Assembly (NCBI RefSeq): GCF_041956535.1
Contig: NW_027192191.1
Location: 309,267-373,266 of the forward strand
Reading direction: 5' to 3'
DNA from: Calcarisporiella thermophila CBS 279.70
Lineage: Eukaryota; Fungi; Calcarisporiellomycota
Length of the DNA stretch: 64,000 bases
Shown: positions 13,082-29,166 of the stretch, piece after piece
Position numbering within the stretch: the first letter of the stretch is position 1
How the letters are laid out: each line of letters starts with the position of its first letter
Made by a program: the position numbers and the translations under genes
Notes under the pieces: generated by a model
The model's database searches: none
What the model was told of the DNA's origin: nothing
The model's input: the letters and a program-made list of their open reading frames with translations, nothing else

Positions 13082-13147
13082 ACGCGTTTGCTGCCGTTCA
13101 CAAACAATTTTTCAACCCAGGCTCTATTTCAATTCCGAGACGCGAAA
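13082..13147. promoter_or_regulatory. MCB (ACGCGT, 13082-13087) and SCB/MCB-like (ACGCGAAA, 13140-13147) elements upstream of CCDC77
   Basis: Exact motifs ~70 and ~130 bp upstream of the CCDC77 ATG in AT-rich DNA. Confidence 0.5.
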
Positions 13148-13517
13148 AAAAAAAATGCAAATAGATTGTTCTCAATAACAGTCAAAATCATCATATATAA
13201 TGTCGAGGAGAAAAACATTGGCATAGAGACAAAATCAAAAACGTCAAAAATCAAAATAACATTATATAGTTATAACAATAACATAAAATAATTTAAAATA
13301 TAGAAAGCGATGGGGAAGAATATATGTCAATATATATAAATGCATAGAGTATCGAATTTTTCGATGGGCCTCGAAAAATTTCATTTTATGACATGGAGAT
13401 GGTAATGGAGAATAAAGGCAAAAGCATGAGAACGTTTTATCTAGCGCAAGCTTCGCTGCCGGCTACTATTTTTGCATTTTCACCTAGTTAATTCCAGACG
13501 TTAGCTCACTTCATTCT

Positions 13518-16500
13518 TCACGAGAAAATATGGGCAGACCCGTGGTTTAAAATACTCACAAAAGCCGCGATCTCGACCTGACCATTCTCTCTTCCTCCCG
13601 CACTACTCGTGGAGGCGAGAAGAGACAAGCGTCTAGTGCGCTCCTGTCCTTCCGCAATGACTGCCGAGGCTGCCATCGAGGCGGGTGAGGGGTGGTTAGT
13701 TTTGCTTAAGTGGTTCAAAATTGATATCGGTTTCGGTGGCGGTGGATGAGGGGGAGCAGGGTTTAAGGGGAGCTTTACACCCGTTGAAACTCGATGGGTA
13801 GTGGTGCGAGTCGTGTCCTCAAGTATCTCCTTGTTAGAGCCCTTGGTGGTAGTCTGTTTTGAGGGAATCAGCGGAAGGGGTCTATATGCGGGAGAGAATT
13901 AATGGCTCATCAGCAACAAAGTGTAAGTACATTTGTCAGCATAAAGCTTACGCATTTCGCCTCCGCACCGCCTCAAACGCATTTTGCAATGCATTCTTTC
14001 CGCTGCCGGTGGGGCCATTGCTGCTTCCAGCTCCGTTGCTAGACATACGCGTCTCGGTTATCCAAGGGTGCTGCATCGCCTCTGCTGGTTTTAGGCGCTT
14101 CTCTGGATCCCAGCATAAGCACCGAGTTACGAAGTCGACGAACGCCATGTCGTTGCATCTCAATACTCCCTGTAGAGTCCGAGATCCGGGGCGCCGCCGT
14201 TTGCCCTTCTGCGTGACCACCGCAAGGGGTTGATCTCCGTCGAAAAAGAGGTGCTTGCGAATGCTGCGATCAATGAACGCCCGGTCAGGAACCCCGATTA
14301 CCTCCATGATGCACGCAAGTTGATCCTGCTCATTTTCACCAGGGAAGAGCGGATAGCCGGTGTGGAGCTCTGCCAGGATGCAGCCAAGACTCCACATATC
14401 GATAGCCATATCATAAGGAAGTTGGAGTATCACCTCGGGCGATCGATAGAAACGGCTCTGAATATAGGTATATACTAAAGATGAACACCAAAGAGGCGAG
14501 GTTAGCATGCTTCTCTTCTTAGTATTTGGATGTAAAAGGCACATACTGCGCTCATTCTCAAAGCAACTACTTCCGAAATCAATGACTTTTATTCCACTGC
14601 GCGTCGGGTCCTTCAACAACACGTTTTCCGGCTTCAAGTCACAGTGAATGACCTTATGTTTATGTAGGAGGACGAGTGAAGCCAGTATCTGCGTCGTGAA
14701 TCTAGAGATGTTTTACGCATGTCAAAATCCAAGCTTCGTGAGTTAAATAGCCATGAAAATACAAACTTTCGGATCAAGCCAAGAGAAAAGCCTTGGAAGT
14801 GATTGTTTTTGATAAACTCGTACAGATTAATGCTCAGGCATTCAAACGCAATGCATAGATGGCCGCGGAAGTGGAAGTTACCGATCATCCGAACACAGTT
14901 ATGCTTATTGTCCGGATCCTAATAGGGGGAGGAAAAAGCAATAAATCAAAAAAGAAACTTATTTTCCAGAAAAATGAACAGAGCATTTACCCATTTAACA
15001 ATGGATCCCAGTATGCGCACCTCCACTTGGGCTTGCTTGTGGAAACGTTTTTTGTTACGGATGATTTTTACAGCCGCAAGCTCACCTGTCCTGTGATCGT
15101 AGCAGCGAGCAACCTGTCCAAATGAACCTTTACCCAGGATATCAAGCACCTCATAGCGGTACGAGATGTGATCCCTAATCACAATCTGGTAATCACCTCG
15201 ATCATCGTCATAGCCTAAGAGGAAACCTGAGTTGGATTCACGGAGATAAAAAGCAGGGAAAATAACACTAACCGAAGTTATTGTGCGACACTTCAAGATT
15301 CGCCGCCTTCTTCTGTCCACTAGCATGTTGACCCAAGTAATAAACTTTTGGGTACTCCAAAATCTCGTTCCTTTCGTACAGCGTCAATTGTGCTGAGTGT
15401 GTCCGTATGGCCTGCTGTGGAGTCATCGCAGTTGCAATACTCTTTTTGTCCCGCATAGCCCGCTCTTTATCTCTTAGTCGTGTGGCGATAAGCAGTGGAT
15501 TACTTTGACGAGAGCTGTTCGAATTAAGGAAGTCACTCTGTCTTATGGGAACATCTTCATCCGCCAGGGGCATAATCCTTGGAGAAGCTGGAAGATAGGG
15601 CGGGGAAGTATGGACGGACACCTTGCTCGTGCTGGGGGTGGTGGTTAGTTTGGATTCCCATTTAATAGCCGTCTTATCGCTTCCGCTTGGCATCGAACCA
15701 CCACTGATAGCAGGCGGGTTCAAAGATTTGACCGCGGAGGAGGTGGAAGGTTGACTCGACGTAAGGTCAGGCACATCGGGCTGTATAAGTTTCTCAGTCT
15801 TGGTTGCTGAGGAACTTAGCGAGCTGCTCGTGGTGATCATGGTGTATCGCAGTTTGGAATCAGTGAACGATTTCGACAGCACTGGCTGTGAAGCTCTTTG
15901 CTGAGCTTTTGGGGTCGACTCCAGCGGATCAGAGGATTTCGATATAGACTGGTGGGGAGTGATGGGGAGTCTATTAGCTGAATCAGAATGGTTGCTATCC
16001 TTAAGTTTCACTAATGAATTGCTTTGTGATGGATCTTGCTTGGGATTCTCTGTTGAGTCACCAGAGCTATGTTTGAGATGAACTTGGTGGGCCGGCGCTG
16101 GGACACTTGAGAGCGTTTCTTTTGTTGTGGCAGAGGCAACCGTGGAAGTTGAGAACCGCTTAAAGGGCGGATTCTCAGCTGAAGAGGACTGTACAAGCTT
16201 TGTTGTTATTTCGCCAACGGCACTAGCAAGTGTAGAACTAGCGACGCTTTTAGTTGAGTCTGCTTGCTGATTTTGGGGTGCGGGAGAAGAGATTTTGGTA
16301 AGTGAACTCGTAAATTGAAGTGGCCTCATGTGCATAGGGGGCATTAGTTCAGGGATAGGCTGTTTCTGTGCAAGTGTGGATGACATGGACTGCAGACAAA
16401 ATTTAGTATTCCATAATGCACTAATGGCCAAAATATAACTAAACCTACCTGTCCACGTTTCCGGTTTTTAATAAAACTGTCCGTGGTGTCAGTCTTGGTA

Positions 16501-18497
16501 GGCAATAGGCGATTGTTCGGCAAGCTTGAATTCTCGCTAACCGGGGCTTGTTTAGCCAAGAGCTTAGGGTCAATCTCTGATTGAGAGCCAATCGTTGCAG
16601 GCAATTTGCTGGCATCTTGCTCCTTATTAGTGACTAGTGAATTCGTAGGGACCGGTGCACTGGTACTGACGCTCTTATTTGGAACCGAAGCAGCATTGTC
16701 TCTATATGCTTGAGCACCAGTAACTGGCGTATATTGTGGAGCAGTCGTTGCAACAGGTAACACAGGCTGATGTGGTATTGAGTCCGGTGGCTGCACCTCA
16801 TGAGCGATACTACTAGTCTCCTTTTCCAAAGGTACAAATGAATAAGAGGGGGCGTTAGCCGTGGCCTGTGGAGGTTCCTGCCGTAGCCTCATTGCTTCTG
16901 CCCCTTTTTCTCTAAATGGATTATTGGTACTAGGAAATGCTGTAGTGTTTGGCTGTTGTATTGGCACGGTCACGTTTGGAGGGGCAGAGGCTTGGGTTGG
17001 AAATTGAAACGGCTGCTGTGTCGCATTAATAACATTGGAGGGAACCAAATTCACCCGTTGTTCCTGCAATCGTGGTGACGAGAGATTGTAACTAGTATTT
17101 CCAGCATCCATAGGATTAAAAGGTAAAGTATTTCGGTGGTTAGTGCGAACGGAACCTTCTGTTGAAAATTCGCGTTGTTTCTGGGAGGGTGCGGGTGCAT
17201 TAGAGAGTGACACTGACATCGAATCGATTGATTTACGACGTTGCGCTAAAAGTTCACTGAGAGAAGTCCGGGACGGTTCAATGGGTGGGGGCAAGCGGTC
17301 TCGTGGGAAAAAGTTCTGTGGAGAGTAATCCAATTCCCACTCGTCCCCAACGAAAGAGGATCCGACATGTCCTCGTGGAGGTGGAAGAGGAATGTCTGGC
17401 AAAAGGACCGAGGAGGATGTCGAAGAGGAAAAATGGTGTGAGGGAGCTCTGCGCCTGCGAGAGCTTGACCAAGAGCGCGAACGAGAAGACGAACGTGTCG
17501 AGTAAGAATCGTTTTGTCGGCGATAACCAACATCATCAGCCTCAAACTCGGAGTTGTTGGAAGAAGAAGCGTCGTCCAATTCTTCCGATGATGAGGGTGA
17601 ATAACGTCGTGGGGACGTCATCGAGATGAGGTCTTGCATGAGATCATTTTCGGATCGGATAGGACTAGCATAATTGCCACGGAGTGAATTCATTCGATCC
17701 ATATAGTCATGCGGTAAAATGCGTCGCCTACTGCCACGATAAGGAGAATAGCTTCCAGGCTGATAGCGATATTTCGGTGAATCCCTAATATTAATTGGAG
17801 ACCGAGCCCACATCATTTCCGATCGTCTTCGAGAGCGAGACGAGATTGCTCGTGGCAATCCAGCGATAGCCCGTGCCTCTCGATACGGATCATAGCTAGG
17901 GGAGCTGCTTGAAGAGACATCCGAGTCGAGCGCCCGTGAGTCGCGAGAATAGCTTGAAGATCGCGTTCGGCCAGGGGAGGCAGCCGGTGAAATCAATACA
18001 GTTTTGAAGGGCGAGCGGGATTTGGAACGCACACGAAAATGGCGTGATTGCCCAAAGTGTGGCGATCCATGTATTTTTCTCATGGAGGGTGATCGGTAAG
18101 AGGAATAGCGGGTAGGAGAGTCTGAGCTAGGTGTCAAATTGGGCTCTCGGCCCCCAATTTCAGCATGTTTCCCCACCATATCTTTTCTATTTCGATGTGA
18201 CTGTAATGCAAGCTCCAGCTCGGGTAGCTGCCCGAGCTCTTCGCCAATATACTCGAGATCGTCCGAATTAAGCTCGAGATCTGTTGTGTTACCATCACTG
18301 CTGCTCACCTCAAGACGCGATGCTATTTCTTCCAACTCCATCTCCAATCTTTCAAGTTGTCGTACTCGTGCTCGCTGTTGAATCTCCTTATCTCGGAGCC
18401 ATGACGATGAAGAAGAAGAGAGTACATTACCAGATGTGGATGTCATAGCAGATGATATATTTGATAAAGCTTGAGCATCAAGCACATCCGTCACCAT
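13518..18497 (-). CDS. Class II DYRK kinase (Pom1/DYRK2-like) with a very long low-complexity N-terminus
   Basis: [11 protein letters not shown]-box, [39 protein letters not shown]; an in-frame intron (~16391-16448) joins the 717-aa ORF to the 387-aa ORF; last exon ends at 13518. Confidence 0.9.
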
Positions 18498-19082
18498 TTA
18501 AGAGCAGGCTAAGTATTGGTGTAGAATGACAAAGGTAAATTTTAGTGTATTCAATACAAAGAACATCGCAGTGAATATAATTAATTACCGGTTAAACTTG
18601 CAATATGGTGATCAAATATTCCAGAATAAAGTCTCAGCGCTTGGGGTGAGAATGATAGAAGAGAAATAATGGTGGCGAGTCCTTTTTTTCTTCCTTATTT
18701 AAACTTTAACATCAAGAGAAATTAATAAAAAATTTGGAAAGAAGCTGGTATTGATGAATAAAGAGGCGCCGTTTCAACACGCCTTGTTTTTATAATATGT
18801 TCGCGCTATTCTGATTTAATGGGCTCTCTATAGCAGGCGCTTCCTTGAATCAAAAGCGGAGAAAGAACAGCGCGATATAAAACGATGACCAAGAGAGAGG
18901 CGTTGTATGAAGTGGAATTAAGCCACACGTGCAGTTTCACAAATTACCCTCAACAAAAAATTTGTTTACCAAAAAAATTTTCCAATAAATTCGTGCAAGA
19001 GCTGCAAAACTTTTTCTTCCTTCTCTCTTGTTTGCTTTGTTGTACCCCTCCTATACACAATCAGCAACTTAATTCAGTCGTA

Positions 19083-19568
19083 ATGGCCCCCGTCAAGAAG
19101 TCCAAGAAGACCGTCGAGAACATCAACTCGCGCCTTGCCCTCGTCATGAAGTCGGGCAAGTACACGCTGGGGTACAAGAGCACTCTCAAGACTCTGCGTC
19201 AAGGCAAAGGTACATAGCTTTCAAAGATGTTGGGACAGGAGTCTTTCACCAGACAGAGATCGTCCCATTTCTTTTTTCTAACAATACTATCCGCTTTTTG
19301 TAGCCAAGTTGGTGATTATTGCCGGTAACTGCCCTCCTCTTCGCAAGTCTGAAATCGAGTACTATGCTATGCTCTCCAAGACTGGTGTCCACCACTACTC
19401 TGGCAGTAAGTGTTTGTTTATGCTATCACTCTCTATAATACAAGCTAAAACTTGGTAATTATTTTTAAAGGCAACATCGACCTCGGAACTGCCTGTGGTA
19501 AACTCTTCCGCGTTGGTGTTCTCTCTATCACCGACCCCGGAGACTCCGAAATCCTTGCCTCGCAGTAA
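19083..19568 (+). CDS. RPL30: 60S ribosomal protein eL30 (exons 19083-19209, 19304-19405, 19471-19568)
   Basis: [32 protein letters not shown]...[14 protein letters not shown]...[12 protein letters not shown]. Confidence 0.97.
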
Positions 19569-19849
19569 ACTTTTTGTATTAGCAAAAAAAATACAATAAA
19601 GGATTCTTTTGGTTTCGCCATTAGAGCTGTTATTTTAAAAAATTGTTTATATCCTCCATGAATACTTTGTTTTGACAGTAATAAATTTTAACAATCATAT
19701 AGTGCAATCTGAACTTAATCACAATGAATTCGAGGTACGATATATTTTAATCCATAGCTATTTTCGACACGCTAAAGGTTATTTAAAAATGATGCCCAAC
19801 TCTTCTTTTATTAGGACAAAAGAAATAAGAAGTCTGTTAACACACAAAT

Positions 19850-20237
19850 TTAGAGGTTCAACTTGGTGCGGCGCCAGTGACGACGTTTAGCATTGTACCT
19901 ATATAATACAAAGAGATGTTCATCAGCATCTATTGTTTCCTTCTGAAATAAACGGCAATTACCGGATGGCATTATCGGTGCGGAAGCGGATCCATGCCGG
20001 AATAGGACGGTTCTGCTTTTGCTTCTTGCCCAAAATGCGCTTGACCTTGAATGACTTGTGGGAGGGCTATATATTGTAAATATACTCAATTAATGAATCT
20101 CATCGCTTAATAACCATTTCATCGCTCATCTAGCACAATCCCACATATACACATCGAAATAACAACATATATAATCGCACCCTTCATCCATCCATCCATC
20201 TGTAGTAGAGCGTACTGAGAAAAGCAAGACTTACCAT
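19850..20237 (-). CDS. RPL39: 60S ribosomal protein eL39, 3 exons (first exon codes only ATG); not recovered intact by the ORF track
   Basis: Spliced: [51 protein letters not shown]. Confidence 0.96.
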
Positions 20238-21143
20238 AATGAATATATCGTACTGACAGTGGAGTGCCGACTTGAAAGTAGGAGGAAATCAAGAGTAGCA
20301 TCTGAGGTAAAAGTAGAAATCGGGAGACATGTTCTGCTGCGCCGCATTATCTCGAGCTAAAACATTAAAACATTACTGGAAAACTCTAAATCAATGCTAC
20401 TTAATTGATAAACCTCGCCATAAAAAAAAATAAAAAATAAAAAGACATAAATAAAAAAGATAGTACAGTGAATATACAATTGAGAGTACAATTGAGAGAA
20501 TAACATATATATTTCCTACATTGTTTTAACACGAAAAATGTTGTGCAATAAGAGGCTATTTTGATTTATCCTTTCGAATCGTCGGAAATTTCTAGTCATT
20601 AGGTTTATAAATATGGATTTACCATAAAGTTCATGTGGCGGCGATAGAAAAGTCTATCGCTGGAAAAGATTAACGCTGAAAATTATATAAAGTAGCAGAA
20701 GCACATGGTTTAATGAAGGAGATTCTATAGCATTGGTAAATAATATATAATTCAGTGATCCAGAATAACATCCACCTATGTCCTCCACGTAGCGTTTCTT
20801 CAAAAATCTCTAATTCCAACTACAACCTTTAAAATGCCATAGCCATTATAACGAAAGTAAGAAAAATAAATGAGTATCTTTATAAAATAACAACAACAAA
20901 TAATAGATAGGAATTAGTATCATTTTAGGCATCTAAAAATTTAAAATGCAACCTAAAATAGAGTATAAAGGAAAAGTAAAGAAAAAGAAGAAATCGATTG
21001 CAAATAAAAGCAGATATGTGAAAAAGAAGAGGGGGGAGGGAATGAAAATGGGAGATATTAGAGATCAAGAAGAATGATGGACCAATTTTAAATATATTCG
21101 AATTTATATGAGAATAGAGGAAATAAAAGTAAATATATGTGTT

Positions 21144-23539
<2,396 letters not shown>

Positions 23540-23928
23540 GTTCAAAGGCCAAGGATGCCAGCGATGAGAACTGAGTTGAAAAATGTGTGCCTTGTTTTCC
23601 TATTGACGAATTCGGCGTTGAATGGCGCAGCATCTCATTCCCGAACTTCGAGCCGAGTGCTTGTAAATTAAAATTGCAATAAAAGAAGTAATTTAATATA
23701 TTATGGTTAGCTTAAATTTTACTTATATTACAAAGGTATTTTACACGGGTTTCATATAATAATATAAGCAGAAGTTTCCATGTAAACTGGTAAAATAATA
23801 AAGTTGCAGTCCATATTTTAGAAAATTTTTTGTGACTGCTACTACTGTCGATTTTCATCCGAACTGAAAACAATAAAGGTATTTGTCGTTTCGAGCAACA
23901 ATCTCCCGGAAAATTCTTGTTTTTACCC

Positions 23929-25695
23929 ATGGACTCCCACGCAAAGTGAGTTTAATAGAACATAAATGTCTATGCTCTCCTAGAATTAAAGTTGTCCCCC
24001 TTAGATATCAAAGCCCGCTGACATCCCGCTATGCTTCCCCGGAAATGGCGGCGAACTTTTCCGACAACATGCGCTTTACTACTTGGCGCAAGTTATGGCT
24101 GAATCTGGCCATTGCTGAGAAGGAGCTAGGAATTAAGGACATTACCGATGAGGCCATTCAAGAAATGAGGGCAAATCTGGTGAGGGCAATTTTTTGGGTT
24201 ATCCATCCCAACTTGAAACTTATGCACATTAAAATTTATCTAGGAAAATATTGATTACGAGCTCGCAGCTGCAGAGGAAAAACGCAGACGACACGATGTG
24301 ATGGCACATGTCCATACATTCGGAGTTGCTGCACCGAAAGCTGCTGGTATAATTCATCTGGGCGCAACGTCCTGTTACGTAACTGATAACGGCGACCTCA
24401 TAATTATTCGCCAGGCTCTCGACCTTGTTCTTGCCAAATTGGCGCGAGTGATTGAGAGGTTTTCGAAATTTGCAGCGGCATACCGTGCACTTCCTACACT
24501 TGGGTTCACCCATTTCCAGCCCGCCCAGCTAACAACTGTGGGCAAGAGGGCTACACTATGGATTCAAGTATATACAGAAAATCACACATTAAGCACTTTT
24601 CAAATGTTTAATCTAAATTCTCACGCGTATTTTCTAGGAACTGCTATGGGACCTTCGCAATCTCGAACGTGCTCGCAACGACCTCAAATTCCGTGGAGTC
24701 AAGGGCACGACTGGCACTCAGGCTTCTTTCTTAACACTTTTCGACGGTGATCATTCTAAAGTCGTACAGCTCGACCAACGTGTCACCGAGCTCTCCGGCT
24801 TTACTGAAGCCTATCCTGTTACCGGCCAAACCTATTCTCGCAAGATTGATATCGACGTTTTAAATGCGCTTGCTTCCTTTGGTGCAACTGCGCACAAAAT
24901 TGCGACCGATATTAGGTTGCTTGCCAACTTAAAGGAGATTGAGGAGCCGTTCGAGAAAGATCAGATTGGAAGTTCAGCTATGGCGTACAAGAGAAACCCA
25001 ATGAGATGCGAGCGCGTATGTTCGCTTGCCCGGCATTTGATGGTATTAGTGAATAATACGATGCAAACGGCCAGTGTCCAGTGGTTGGAGCGCACCTTGG
25101 ATGATAGGTGAGTATACACAGCGGATTATTCAGTGATTTTACACCACTAACACGTCGATTGTTTTACAGTGCAAATCGTCGCATTTCTATCCCCGAAGCC
25201 TTCCTCACCGCGGACATTGTTCTCACAATCCTGCAAAATATTTCTGAGGGCATGGTTGTCTATCCTAAAGTCATTGAGCGACGTATTTCCCAGGAGCTTC
25301 CCTTCATGGCGACTGAGAATTTCATCATGGCAATGGTGAAAAAAGGCGGCGATCGCCAGGAGTGTCACGAGCAAATTCGTGTGTTGAGCCATCAAGCGGG
25401 GCGTGTTGTGAAGGAGGAGGGAGGAGAGAATGATTTAATTGAACGCATCAGGAAGAACGAATACTTCAAGCCCATTTGGGGAGAGGTAATGGTGGCTTTA
25501 ACGGAAAAAATGTTTATAATGTAGCTGAATGATGCGTTGCTTGGATGTTAGCTTGATACACTGCTGGACCCGAAAACCTTCATTGGTCGTGCTCCTGAGC
25601 AAGTGGATGACTTCATCAAGCATCATGTCACACCCGCACTCCGTCCATACGAAGGGATTCTTAAGGTTGAAAACAAGGCAACCTTAAACGTCTAA
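23929..25695 (+). CDS. ADE13: Adenylosuccinate lyase
   Basis: [49 protein letters not shown] signature. Confidence 0.97.
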
Positions 25696-25959
25696 TCTGT
25701 TATGCTAGAGAATTTTAAAGTGTAAAATTGAAATAAGCAATAAGCAGTAACGTATGTCTTCCTCTTCATATCTCTTCATTCTTGCTTCTATCATAAATGC
25801 GGATACAGACGGTTTGAAGAACATATTTACATTAGAGCTGAAGCGAAATAGAATAAAAAACACATAACAAAGGAGATTGCGAGATAAAGGGGAAAATAGT
25901 ATCAAAAGAATCATTACGATTAACATCAACAATAGATAAGCAAAGTGTAAATAAAATAT

Positions 25960-28026
25960 TTAGTTGTTTCGCGCTAATTCCGGAGCAATTCGAGATATAA
26001 TTAAATCTAATACAAGGTATATCAAATGCTTATTCACAAACTTGTTACGCTGAAAAGGGGCAAGTGCATGGTGAACAGCTTTGAGCTGCTCGGTAATATC
26101 TTCTCCTAATAATCGCTTAAAGGGACCTGAACAAAGAAATTGCGTCAGAACGTAAACTAAACCAATCTTCATTAATATCCACGAAAATTACCTGGTAAGG
26201 CGACTAATAGCTTGAGCTCTGCTTCAATCTGGCGGAGACGCCTCTCCTCCTCCGTTGGAAGGACTGGCGGGGGCGCACGCACTCCATTAGGCCAGAGAGA
26301 TTCCCGCAAGAGCTGTATATAATAGGTCAATCGATCGACTGATAATATATGCTGCAGGAACTGTGCCAGAACCCTAAAGAAAGGCAAGCATGTAGTATCA
26401 AGCGTATAGATAAAAAAATATCAGCCTACCTATCTACAAGTCCCCCCGCCAAGAGTCTCATTACTGGGAACATAAATATCTCCAACTGCAACCAAAACCA
26501 CCGATGCCGCCGATCAAGCATAAAGGCCTCATTTATTAGAAGCAATAGCTGTTGATCGAGGCCGGTATGCTGGGGTGGAGCAAGTCGTTGCAGCTCAGTA
26601 AGCTTGTCATGCGATGAGAAAATAAAATTCACCGCATTCTTAAGGGAATTATGTAGGTGAAGAAGGAGAGCCTCAACGGTGATCAGTGAAAAAGAGATCT
26701 TGAGAGGACGTATAGGGATAGGGAAAAGCATGGGAGAACTGTTATCTTCGTCGGTGAGTGGAGCATTTTTCTGCTCATCCTTTATCATCCGGTTAGCAAG
26801 ATGTCGACGGTGGATATTTACTGTGTATAAGCCTTGCCTAGAAGATGTGTATCCTGGATCCTCCGTAAATGAACCACGTGATGATGACAATGATTCGGAA
26901 GTATCTAGGTATATTGTCGGCTTCTCAGCTTCTGGCAATTTTGAACTCGTCCGAGATAGCTGGTCCATGGTATTTTTAGAGTGCGGTTTAATTGAATCTG
27001 TCGATAAATAGGATGGATTTTCGCGAAGAGGCGTGGAGAGATCGGAGAGGTTTATATCGGACTCTTGTGCGTCTTGGAGAAGTGAGAGCATATTTGGAGA
27101 CGCATAGATGCGTGGAAAATTGGAGTCGAATTGGCTACATTCCAACTCTTGTAGGATATTTTGCTTGTCAACGTCTCCTTTCTTGGAATCTCCTGAAAGG
27201 GACTCTTCATCCGATTCTTTGTCGATGAACTGAGAAATAAGTGCTTGTGCTGTCACATCATGCTTGTCTAAAAGCTAAGAGCAAAAAAAAAAAGCTATCA
27301 ATATCATAAAAAAACCCTGCTTTATCTCTAAAATCTAAAACCTTGCAAAGCAAGATATTCACTGTATCTGGATCGGATAACTTTTCAACCAAATTCATAA
27401 GCACATTTTTTGTCAAAATTTCTCGCACCAAATGCCGTACGCAATCGCTTTCCACATCCCTTTCAGGCATTAATATGTAAAGCAAATGTTCGGCGAGCTG
27501 TCGCAGGTATTCTATTTCATTCTCCTCATTGCCTTGGAGAGCAAAATGTGGCTGAGCTCCATGGAAGAGTTGATCGAGGCTAAGTTGACCACCATAGCTA
27601 GTATCACATTTTGCTTCAGCCACGCGATACTCCTGGTAGTGACGACGTATAATGGGTGGAATCTCAACTAATATTAGCTGTGCCCAGTCAATCTACGCAT
27701 AAATATGTTCGTAAGCATGTGTGAAGCCGATCTCTATGATTGATGTACTAAATTACCTTACGACATCTAATTTCCAGCTCACGAACTACATAAGAAATAC
27801 TTTCTAAAATAGCATTGACAAATTCATGATCGTGCGAGAATTGATGGAACCATGAATGTATCATATCACGTGTGATTAGAGAAAAAAGTGTATAAATTTC
27901 ATTATCAATTGTCTGTGCGTTAGATGTGAGTGAAGGAATCCGAAAAGATGATGAATTGGATGGAAAGAGGTGTGGAAATAAAACGCGATAAAATAGTGGT
28001 CTCGACGCGGATGATGGAGGGCCCAT
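25960..28026 (-). CDS. PXA domain + Nexin_C protein (Mdm1/Pxa1/SNX13-like; no PX or RGS domain recognised)
   Basis: LITRDMIHSWF, PHFAL..EENEIEYLRQLAE, KLSDPDTVN; C-terminal LRESLWPNG and FQRNKFVNKHLIYLVLDLIISRIAPEL. Confidence 0.85.
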
Positions 28027-28224
28027 CGTACGGCTGTAATATTATTGTGTTCTCCTGATAAGTATGCATACCTCTTACCTTGAAATTACCGAACCAGTAG
28101 TGGACAAGCCGCAAGATGGCGCAGCAAACAATGACGCGGCCATTTACGCGTCCTATAGCGTTCGAAAAATGAGAAAGAAGAGAGTACACAGCTAGCTACA
28201 TCTTTATCTTTAAATTTTTATACA

Positions 28225-29166
28225 ATGTCCGATCGCTATAGCTTCTCGCTTACGACATTCTCCCCATCGGGAAAGCTTGTTCAGATTGAATATGCTCTCA
28301 ATGCGGTTGCGCAGGGTGTAACAAGTGTAGGAATAAAAGGTAGATTCTTGCATACATGTATCCGAGACAATATCTAATTTCCCTACAAATTAGCAACTAA
28401 TGGGGTTGTTATTGCAACGGAGAAGAAATCATCGACCCCCCTCGTCGATGATTCATCACTCGAAAAAGTAGCCATGGTATGCTCGAACATCGGGATTGTG
28501 TATAGTGGGATGGGCCCCGATTTCCGTGTATTAATCAATAGAGCACGCAAAGCTGCTCAAAGATACAAGCGCGTGTACTGCGAAGATCCTCCCACTGCAA
28601 TTCTAGTAAAAGAGGTGGCGGCGGTTATGCAGGAATTTACGCAATCTGGGTATTTATTTTTTTATTCTATGTTAATTATGAAATCATATCAATATATACT
28701 CACCTTTGATTTCACATGTTTTTCTTCACTATGAAGTGGTGTACGTCCTTTCGGAGTCTCTCTCTTAATTGCAGGCTTTGATGAAAATGGACCCTCGCTC
28801 TACCAGGTTGATCCCTCGGGTTCATTCTGGGCATGGAAAGCAAGTGCTATCGGCAAGAACATGGTGAATGCGAAGACTTTCCTTGAAAAAAGGTAACAAC
28901 ACCTTTTCAGCTCTCAAACCCAGTCTCTTGACGTAGATGTGAATTATAGATACAATGAGGAGGTTGAACTGGAAGACGCGGTTCACACCGCTATATTAAC
29001 TTTGAAAGAGGGCTTTGAGGGACAGCTCACAGAAAACTCAATTGAAATTGGCATTATTGGCACAAGCACTATAGGGATTTCTGGTGCAGACCGCGAGACC
29101 AAGAAGCCACTATTTCGGAAGTTAACCCCTTCAGAAGTCAAAGACTATCTTTCTAACATTGCATGA
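28225..29166 (+). CDS. PRE8: 20S proteasome subunit alpha-2
   Basis: [49 protein letters not shown]. Confidence 0.97.
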
